From: Neocallimastix sp. 'constans' | Lineage: Eukaryota | Assembly: GCA_050613775.1 (NCBI GenBank) | Contig: JBODTK010000116.1 | Coordinates: forward strand, 62,001-126,000 | DNA length: 64,000 nucleotides | Reading direction: 5' to 3' | In this document: one piece after another, positions 52,801-61,819 of the stretch | Numbering within the stretch: the stretch's first letter is position 1 | Layout of the letters: each line of letters begins with the position of its first letter | Program-made: the position numbers and the translations under genes | Notes under the pieces: generated by a model | What the model was told of the DNA's origin: nothing | Database searches by the model: none | What the model saw: only the letters and a program-made list of their open reading frames with translations

Positions 52801-53974
52801 GGCTAGAATTCAAACATTAATTAATACTGGTCTATTTTGGTGTATCGGTTCCTTCTCTAAAAATGGTAAAACAAATACAGAAAACAATGACTATATTAGA
52901 CATAATTCAACAATGAGTACTTATGCTTTATCTCGAGATCTAAGCATCCCTCCTATTGCTGGTATCTGCGCAGCCTTACAGATTAAATCATTTGCAAAAT
53001 GGAGTAAATCAAACTGTATCATAAAGGATCTTATTAAATCTATTCCCAAAATGCCTTATTATTCCTGGACTAAAGAATCTAGAACACTATATAAAAAAAT
53101 CAAAAAATATAAATGTGTAAAATATGACGATATTATAGAACGTTACTGGAAATCAGTTTCCAGATTTCAAGGTATTAAAGGTCAAAACTACGATAGTAAC
53201 AAGTTCTCAAACAATAAAGCTATAATAATGCTTAGCTTAAAATATCCCCAATTCAACTTAGGATTTTCGTGGATTATACGTTTACGCTGTGGTTATAAAT
53301 ACAATACTACTATTGCTATTAGAATGGGTAGAGTTTCAGAAGATTGTCCAAAGTCCTGCCCATGTTGTGGTGAAGGTAATCAATCTTTTGAACATTGGAT
53401 TTTTAAATGCGATGCTCTTGCATCTTTTAGATGGAATTCTTTAAATTTCATCGATGATCTCTATGTTTTATTCCTTAGGAAGATTAGAGCGTTTAATCCT
53501 CTTTCTTCCTATGACTCTATTTCTGATTTTGAAGATTATATCAATCATTATATATACTTGTTCCTTCTTGGTGGGACTTTAGTTTTAAATGAACTACATT
53601 TCGATAGTGGGGAACAGAGACATTTAAATGAACTACTTTTCAAAGGTTCATCTGAGTCACCTGTTCCAAAAATTGTGGGCTTGGCGGAATTCTTAACAAA
53701 TGCAATACCTATCATAAGTAGTTCGTTTGAGCTATTATTTGATAGGTATTGCAAAATATCAAACTTAACCAAGAGCGTCGACGTCGTACTGATAAGGCAT
53801 AATGAAAATACAGGATTATCATCTATTACTACGAAGGGTGATTCTCGCCCTAGTAGCTCAATAAATGATGAATCCGGGGAGAGTTTAGTGGACACCACAC
53901 TATCTATTTTAAGGATGTTACTTCTAAATTTTATTTCTTTTTTATTTGATAGGAAGGGTAAAATTCCCGCATAG
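49811..53974 (+). CDS. APE endonuclease - reverse transcriptase - CCHC zinc finger polyprotein
   Basis: APE: WNING, CLQETG, GDFN, IDHV, SDH. RT: KAPGPDG, NYRGISL, FLDLKKAYDSV, GVRQGCPLSP, LFADD, YLG. Zinc finger: CPCCGEGNQSFEHWIFKC. Confidence 0.95.
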   Translation: MDASSSVNTTPFHRGFYCFGNHMNNYSLIFIHDLNSWSPRKLMAQVISKIPYYNEIIPYVKKLFSPRYGSYFIIRVNKYKNDLIIFYVLNFLRDEIPETAKITWSLCNKLNQMNKSRKSKNIDVELNPMAKDFFSSHLNSNSSFFNLCVSWNINGWNTEKRDSILYLNSTFKPICICLQETGKSKYLPKDVSSPLIPYYNSVFLKANPKTPGMRGLFIGVHSSCSFFQEPFLYKYIISVNITSFWNQKCTIGNIYFPQSKWKEARLVAFDELSQWLRFHNRKNVPAVLVGDFNMSLKKIKTYISNNFPNWYIAPLYGNQFTYAKGTRSSCIDHVIYNEALASHINKTSVCTSFYGISDHKPILLSCNKVLSDGFIRPTKVSKWSTHICKTKNSDILSHNYFSILENDLDSHYNSLTADEMVEKFINTANNIGKDIKAFIPTNLKGSAFHCPYYIKKLSHEKHIAFRNIKPYFNCENVDNYLEQFNKYEKLCKLIKKTKSKFRSARFKANIVKIGNYFLNKDFKNGWRCLKKMAKPSYSSTSLTCIKSKFGQDIISPSKQLDRWAEYYKDLASDPSGHSLNRNYWNHALRNISLRSTTWNINGPITIEDIKKTISSMKNNKAPGPDGIPIEFYKALFCNEELLESHPAAGKCLKLIFNKIWNGSFPKKWNSASIVSIPKKGDLSDCSNYRGISLINVGLKIISKIITDRISTYLLSHNFIRPEQFGFRNREECISLFISVREICQRRKFQGKFTYLAFLDLKKAYDSVPIFNILTKLYHYGVRGKCFDFLCNLYTSSKARARFASMLSNEFPIKRGVRQGCPLSPILFNLFINDILNDCEKYGVNVGRKKCCGGLFADDVVLIAPSAKNLEKLLKKVHKWANLNEMTFGIEKCATMVIKPMNFQPPPNYSDPTFYLGKNDIPKVSSYVYLGIPFSDDLLLEHIISHMHFKVRKSLLSFTRFFSNKLIPIVYKKKVLQSFVISKVIYYSPLLGSNKSRTARIQTLINTGLFWCIGSFSKNGKTNTENNDYIRHNSTMSTYALSRDLSIPPIAGICAALQIKSFAKWSKSNCIIKDLIKSIPKMPYYSWTKESRTLYKKIKKYKCVKYDDIIERYWKSVSRFQGIKGQNYDSNKFSNNKAIIMLSLKYPQFNLGFSWIIRLRCGYKYNTTIAIRMGRVSEDCPKSCPCCGEGNQSFEHWIFKCDALASFRWNSLNFIDDLYVLFLRKIRAFNPLSSYDSISDFEDYINHYIYLFLLGGTLVLNELHFDSGEQRHLNELLFKGSSESPVPKIVGLAEFLTNAIPIISSSFELLFDRYCKISNLTKSVDVVLIRHNENTGLSSITTKGDSRPSSSINDESGESLVDTTLSILRMLLLNFISFLFDRKGKIPA

Positions 53975-54129
53975 TACAACTTGCCGAAATACATAGTATT
54001 TTCGAGCTTTTTTATTTTTTATTTTTTATTTTTTAATTTTTTATTTTTAATTTCTAATGTACTTTTCACCTACATGTATTTTTTAAAATAAAATTTAATA
54101 AAGTTTTTGGAAGTGTATTCTCTTCCCTG

Positions 54130-54176
<47 letters not shown>
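49811..54176 (+). mobile_element. Apparently intact single-ORF non-LTR retrotransposon (LINE) with poly(A) tail; 5' UTR not delimited
   Basis: 1387-aa ORF, then a 3' UTR with CATGTA...AATAAAG...GTCT and an A-run at 54133-54176. Confidence 0.92.
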
Positions 54177-54178
<2 letters not shown>

Positions 54179-56859
54179 ATTCTTGTCAAGCCTCTCTTGA
54201 AAACAACACTTATGAGTATATTATTTCCTTGTATACTTATAATTTTTGGAATTTCACTAAATGTTCTATTGGTAATGTGTACGTACCTCATAGTGGCCAT
54301 AGCCTTCATGCTAGAGCTGCTAGAATTGAAATATTGTCTTGGTTAAATAGTCACTCTTCTCATCCTTCAATGTTGGTTGGTGATTTTAATTTACCTACTG
54401 AGAAATTAGGTAATTTGCTCTCTAAATTTAGTAATTGGAAAATTCTTCCCTTATGGGGCTCCCCAATTTCATGGAGTAGAGGTAATAGAGAATCTGATAT
54501 AGATCATGCGATTGTCAATGATCATATGTTAGATTTACTTTCATATGGTACTTTTATTGACTTTCCCCCCATTTCGGATCATAAACCTTTATTAATAAAA
54601 GGTAAATGTTTTTCATCAGTTAATTCAGATAATTCTTTCTCTCTGCCTAAAAAGACAGTTAAATGGGATAGATTAAAATGTATAAATGAAAAAGAATCAA
54701 TTTTTGACAACAACTATTTTAGTGTATTAGAGGAAGTGATTCCAGATCCTAATATTAGTATTGATGATATTTCAAAGAAATTTATTTCAACTTCATTCAA
54801 TATTGCTAAGGAACTTAATATCACGTCAATTTCAGAAGTTCGAAAATCTTTTTTTCATATGTCGCAGAAAATATTTAATTTGCAAAAACTCAAAATGAAA
54901 TTATATAAATCCATTAAAAGAAGAGGTTCTTATCATAATTTAGATGAATTTGAAGAATTAATTGATAAATATAATAGAATGTGCAAAATTATTCATCATA
55001 TGTGTAATATTTATAGGAAAACTGAATACCAACATTGGATTAATACAGGATGTGAATATATGAAATCTCATAACCCTAAAAAAGCTTGGAAATGGCTTAA
55101 AACAACAGCAAAAGTAGATAAATTTAAAAATATGTCAAATTCTCCAGTAAAGGACAAAAATGGTAAACTAGCTACTTCTACTAAAGAACAGTTAGAAGTA
55201 TGGCACAATCACTATAAAAAACTTGCTTCAAGCCATTCTGATATCAATAGTGCATTAATCGAATGCTCTAATAAATTTTCCAATGGAACAATTAGGTATA
55301 CGAGACACAATGAATGGGATATAAATCAAGACATCAGTATAGAAGAAATTAGAGAAGCAATTTTGGCTACTCCAAATTTTAAAGCTTCAGGCCCGGATGG
55401 AATTCCTATTGAATTTTATAAAGCTTTAATTCCTCCGGATGACGAAAATTCAGTAAATAATTCTTCTTCTGGTTTAAATTGTTTACAGAAGATATACTCA
55501 AGAATTTGGAATGGAGAATTTCCTAGCTCATGGAATGAAGCAAGTATTATATCTATTCCTAAAAAAGGAGATGATCTATCTGATTGTGACAATTATCGAG
55601 GTATCTCTCTGATTAACAATGGTATTAAACTCATTTCGAAAATAGTCTCCAAAAGAATTTCAGAATATGGACTTAAAAATAATTTTATTAGGCCAGAGCG
55701 ATTTGGATTTCGTACTAAAGAAGAATGTGTTAGTTTATTTATTTCAATTCGAGAAATTTGTCAAAGGCGTAAAAATGATAATAAAGAAACTTACCTAGCT
55801 TTTCTAGATTTAAAAAAGGCATATGATTCTGTTCCAATAGATAATATTTTATATAAATTAGATGCTTTAGGTATTAGAGGTAAATGTTATCAATTTATAA
55901 AAAATCTATATTTGACATCCAAAGCTAGTGTTAAAATTGATGATCAATATTCGGAATCTTTTAATATTATGAAAGGAGTTAGACAAGGTTGTCCACTATC
56001 ACCAATTCTTTTCAATCTTTTTATTAATGACATTTTTAATGATGTTTCAGAACTTGGAATTCCTTTAGGCGAATCTAGATGTTGTGGTGGACTCTTTGCA
56101 GATGATATTGTTCTATGCGCACCATCAAGAACTAAGTTAAAAAAAATGCTTAAGAAGGTAAATGAATGGGTTAAATTTAATATGATGAATTTTGGAATTA
56201 ACAAGTGTGCAACGATGATGATTCAACCAGACACACCTCTTTTTCAAAATATTTTTAGTAATGTTAGTAATAGTATTGAAAATAATGTGTATATTGATTC
56301 TAGTGTGTGTGAAAAAGTGTTTAATTTCCTTCTTGGAGGTCGAAGTATTAATAACAGTACAAGGGAATGGAAGGATCTATTTAAGTGCCAGATGAAATCA
56401 GGTGCTTATTCTGATACTCCGTTCTTGGTGATTACTGCGGCACTTCTCCAATCGATTATACCTATTGCTATTGGCCAGCAATGGTCTTTGTTCAATAGGT
56501 TCAAATCGAATCGTCCTACTACTATCAAGAGCGTCAATGCTGAAGAAACAGTAAGACAGGCCAGCAGGACTAGCGCAACCAATGAAGATCATAATTTTGT
56601 ATCTTAAAATTAGGATTAACATCGAAGTCAAATTTAATTATTATACTTCAGTATAATAATGCCCTTGTGAAGTCTTACAGATATTAATTAAATGAAACTA
56701 GAATATATTATACCATTATTTTATTTTATTTTGTGTTTTATTTTTTGTTTATTTTTTTATCTTTTTTTTATTATTTTATTGCATGTATTTTATCAAATAT
56801 TTAATTAATAAAGATGAAACAAGTTTGCTGCCGTTAAAAAAAAAAAAAAAAAAAAAAAA
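54177..56859 (+). mobile_element. Second LINE family copy, 5'-truncated and internally deleted (ORF to 56607)
   Basis: Starts mid-endonuclease (NSCQASLENNTYEYIISL) directly after the previous poly(A). Has GDFN, SDH, KASGPDG and LFADD. In-frame jump near 56250 skips the YLG/thumb and CCHC regions. Poly(A) at 56836-56859. Confidence 0.9.
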
Positions 56860-57251
56860 TCTGAGTTACCTTTTCCAAAAATTGTGGGCTTGGCGGAATT
56901 CTTAACAAGAGCAATACCTATATTTGAGCTATTATTTGATAGGTATTGTAAAATACCAAACTTATCCAAGAGCGTCGACGTCGAAATGATAAGGCATGGA
57001 TTTTCACCTCCAGATACAGATTCGATTGATAACTCTAATACTGAAATTATTACTCACAATAATGGACGTGGTGTTATTATCGAGGAATGGGAAAAGTTAG
57101 AGGCTATTGCTTCTAACGCACTTTTATAATTTTATAATATATAATATTTTATTTCATGTATTTTATTTGTTATTTTTTCATTTAATTTCATGTAATTTTA
57201 TTATTATTATAAATTAAATAAAGTTTTCTCTAAGTCTAAAAAAAAAAAAAA
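56860..57251 (+). mobile_element. 5'-truncated LINE 3' end
   Basis: 56860-56997 is near-identical to 53651-53800 (one 12-bp gap). It has a different tail ending AATAAAGTTTTCTCTAAGTCT(A)n. Confidence 0.88.
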
Positions 57252-57586
57252 CAAACAAACAAACGTAATACCATTAATTTGTCGATCTTTTAGTTTGATG
57301 ATGAAATGGTATTCCGTTGAATCTACCGTTACCAAGAGCGTCGACGTCGAAATGATAAGGCATGGATTTTCACCTCCAGATACAGATTCGATTGATAACA
57401 CTAATACTAAATTTATTAATCGCAATAATGGACGTGGTGTTATCATCGAGGAATGGGAAAAGTTAGAAACTATAGCTTTTATTTTTTATTTCTTTAAAAT
57501 CATGTAATTTTATTATTATTATAAATTAAATAAAGTTATTCTCTTAGTCTAAGTCTAAGTCTAAGTCTAAAAAAAAAAAAAAAAAA
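57252..57586 (+). mobile_element. Short LINE-tail element with hairpin head
   Basis: 57331 onward is similar to 56965-57237 and ends (AAGTCT)3 + poly(A). The head 57262-57318 is an unrelated inverted repeat. Confidence 0.8.
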
Positions 57587-57810
57587 TTTAAACTCCCATG
57601 TAGCTATTGTAAAATGGAAATGTAGAAGATTGATTCATTCTAAAGCTTGTGTTTAAGACACTATTTAATGGACGGGAATCTTTTTATAGTCTTCCACTAC
57701 TAACATTATTTATGTTTTCATTTCAGTTTATTTATGAGTACATTTAAAAAAATTATTTTATCAATTAAAGCTTTACTAATCAAATAGAATTTCAGAAACT
57801 CAAAAGATAA

Positions 57811-57844
<34 letters not shown>
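57587..57844 (+). mobile_element. Poly(A)-tailed retroposon 3' end of another family
   Basis: Bounded by A-runs; 57737-57844 recurs inverted at 61563-61686. Confidence 0.65.
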
Positions 57845-57845
<1 letters not shown>

Positions 57846-57920
57846 AGGAAGAAAGAGATTATTCATTACTACAAAATTCTTTTTATTGTTGTTTATTTTA
57901 TTTAAATTTTATCAATTACT

Positions 57921-58460
57921 AGAGGTAAATATTCATCAGATATTGATCATGCATTAGTTAATTCAAGTATGCTGGATAAAATATCAAGTGCTTATTTTGT
58001 TGACTATCCTTCGTTATCTGATCATAAACCTCTCGTAGTTTATTGCAAGAAAACTACCACAGATAAATCATTTTTGTTACCGAAAAAATTTGTTAAGTGG
58101 GATAGGTATAAATGTCTTCTACTTTAGAAAGAAATTTGTCAATACAATAAATTTGAAATTCTTTGTGAAGAATTAGGAAATGAGGAACTTTCGGTAGATT
58201 GTGTAATTGAAAAGTTCATTAACATTACTAATTCCATTGCTAAGGATTTATCGATTATATCATCAATAGAAATCAGAAAATCGAAGTTTGGAATATCCCA
58301 CAAAATTTATTGTCTTCAAAAGGTAAAACATATTAAATACAAACAAATTAAGTGTTATGTTTCTGCAAATGATTCTAATGAATTTGCTAAAACAAATGAC
58401 TCGTTTAACAGACCATGTGTATCAATTCATAAAAAATGTAATAAATTTGGGAAAAAAGTG
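57921..58460 (+). mobile_element. Degenerate LINE endonuclease/linker fragment
   Basis: RGKYSSDIDHALVN...LSDHKPL...LPKKFVKWDRYKC, homologous to LINE ORF 54229; interrupted by a stop/frameshift. Confidence 0.8.
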
Positions 58461-60209
58461 TATTTAATTAATTAAAAATAAATAATTAATACTCTTATTA
58501 TATATAACTTAAATATTTTTATTTATCTTAAAGTTTATATTAAAAATATATAATTATGTATATTATAGTGTCGTTATAATTAATTATGTTATATTAGAAT
58601 TAAATTAAATAGTTAATATTATTTTTTATATTATTTATTTATCATTATTTTATGTAAAGTTTAATATAAAATTATAATTTTGTATGCAAATAATCCAAGT
58701 AATAAGGATCCTTCGTATAATTATTAGAAGGATGTTAACATAGTTAATATTTTCACTATTAATTTGATTTTTCTTTTTTTCATTAGGTAACAAAATCGAG
58801 TGAAATAAGTACAATATAATATATATGTATATATATTTCAAAAGGAAAAACCACAACAAAAAATTTATTTTTTATTTTTATTTTTATTTTTATTTTTTTT
58901 TTTTTTTTTTTTTTTTTGCTTCATTTATTATTTTTTTTATTAATATAGCTTAGTTTTTATTCTTAAATATTAACTATAGATAGAGATCTGAGCTTTTTTT
59001 GTCTTAACAATGAAAAAATTGTATTAATTTTCATTCATGAATATTGGACTGAAAGTAGACTCTGGGAATTCTAAAGTAAAAAAAAAAAAAAAAAAAAAAA
59101 AAGAAAAAAAAATTATCAAATTGTAACTAAATTATTCATGGAATTGTTAAATAAACACTAAATATGGAAAGCTACTTCATTCTAAGAATTAACTATAATA
59201 ATAAAATGGATTATTTGTAAGTTATTTATATGATTACATTTACCTGTTAAAAGAATAAACTGAAAAATTACTTCAAGGATTCCCACATATAGCGATATAA
59301 TATTATAATAGAACCAGATATTATTTGTAACCCATTATTCCTATTTTTGATTGTCTTCCATATGCTAATCCCTTCTTGAATACTTAATATCTCAACCTCT
59401 ATATTAACTGGAATATTAATGATTGGAACTCTTAAAAAAGTGACTTAACTCATTTTAACATAGTTTTTAATCCAATTTGTATTTATCTAATACCTATATT
59501 TTAAGCAAAACTTTTAGTTATGGAATTTTTTTTATAATTAAAATTAAATTTTAATTAAAATTATTTTAAAAATTCATTTGTATAGAGTATTTTATATAAT
59601 AAATATTATTTCGTAATAATTTTATAATACATAAAGTTTTTGTATGCTTTATATTTTTTTTTTTTTTTTCTTTAAAGTATAATATTCATTATAGTATTTT
59701 TTATTTTTCATATTAACACAATTCTATACATATAGTATATTAAAAGTCATTAACCATTATCAATAATAAATATATATTTAAATATATATTTAAACTATTA
59801 TTTAAAAATAAATCGTTTTTTTCTATATAATAATAAGTTAATTATGAACACTTTTTTTTTTTTTTTTATTATAGCAATTCTTTAAAAAAAAATTTTTAAT
59901 TTATAAAAAGTTTATTCATTGTGGTAACAACGAACTTTAGTAATCATCACTTATAATATTTTGTTAAACTATTAATACTTTTACATATAAAATAATTAAA
60001 AAATCTAAATCCGATATTTTTATATGTAATTTATGCTATATGTTATAATTGTAATGAATAGTCACTGAATGCTATTTCACCTATAATAATTATACTTATT
60101 AAATATATTAAACATAAAAAAATATAAAATAATTATAAGTAAATATAAATAAATAAATAATAAAATAATATTAAATATAATTTATTATTACTATTATTAT
60201 TATTATTAC

Positions 60210-60243
<34 letters not shown>

Positions 60244-61560
60244 ATTTTTTATTATTATTAAAAGAAAAGAATTCTTGATATATAGTAATTAAACCTTAAA
60301 AATATAAATATAAATTTTTTTTATAAAAAAAAAAAAAAAAAAAAAAAACATAAATAATTTAAATTAAAAATTAATTTTTTATTGGAAAGATACATTTATA
60401 TTTTTCCAATAAAAAATAAATTATAAATACTCTAAGTAATTTTAAAGAAAATTATCAATAAATATATATTTTTTATATCTGGAAAAGAAAGATTGTCAAA
60501 ATTATTTTCAAAAATTTAATGGATAAAGTTTTTAATGAAAAGTTTTTTAAAAGTTTTAATTTTGACCTGAATTGTGGCGTCTTTTATTTATTTGTAATGT
60601 AGCTTATTATTTTATAAATGACTTAATAAAAAATTAAACAAATATACATATATATATTTTTTTTTAATTATTTAAAAATATATTTAAAACTAATGATATA
60701 AATATTAAGTTATTAATAGAAATATAAAATATTTCATTAAAAAAAAAAAAAAGCATAATTTCTATATATATAAATATAATGAATAATATATATTTAATGT
60801 TTAATTTAATATGACAATAATGTAAATTTAAATAATATTTAAAAGATTAAATAATAATAATAAATAATAAATAATAAATAATTATAATAATAATATATGA
60901 TAATACTAACATAAATAATAATAATATAATAGTAATGTAAAAATGTTAATATATTATCATAAATTTTCAAAAACCAAATAATCTTTTTTAAAGCATTTCA
61001 TAAATAATCTTAACTCATTAAAAAGTTAAATTATAAATCTTTAAAAAATTACAAGTTATTACAAATTATGGTTTTTATTACTCATTTGAAGATAGAAATG
61101 AAAATATATATATCTACACTTTAAAAACAACAAAATAGACCTATTTATTAAGTATAATTTTATTGTATAAATAAATTTATTTTATTTTTATATATAACTT
61201 TTAAAAATTTATAAAACTTTAATACATAGTAATTTTTTTTTTTTTTTTTTAAACTTATATAGTTTGAAATAAATCTTTAAAAAATAAAATAAAAAAAAGT
61301 ATATATATATATATATTATTTAATTAAATGAAAATAAGATAATAAGATAAGTTAAAAAACATTAAATTTTATTTTTATATTAGTTTTTAAATATATTACA
61401 AAATTAAATATTATAATTTGTCAATATATATATATATAATTTTTTTTTTTTTTTTTTTTTAGAATAAGATTCAAAAATAAAATATAAGAACAAAGTTTAA
61501 TATCTTTATTATGAAAATTAAAAGTAAACTTTAAATAAAATATTATCCAAAAAATTTAAT

Positions 61561-61562
<2 letters not shown>

Positions 61563-61609
<47 letters not shown>

Positions 61610-61686
61610 CTGTTATCTTTTGAGTTTCTGAAATTCTATTTGATTAGTAAAGCTTTGATTGATAAAATAATTTTTTTAAAGGTACT
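61563..61686 (-). mobile_element. Very short 5'-truncated retroposed copy (~75 bp + poly(A))
   Basis: Reverse complement of 57737-57844 with few mismatches; T-run at 61563-61609. Confidence 0.8.
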
Positions 61687-61819
61687 ATTTTTTTTTCTCA
61701 CTAAAAAAAATAGTAAATTCATATATTTAAATATTAGATATATGAAGAATGAAAAATAAATTAAACAAAATATATTATTCCTCTATTATATTGTAAAAAT
61801 AATACTATTTCTCTTCTTA

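Noticed and set aside
58980..59460. GC-richer patch after the LINE stack
   Set aside because: No continuous frame or recognisable motif.
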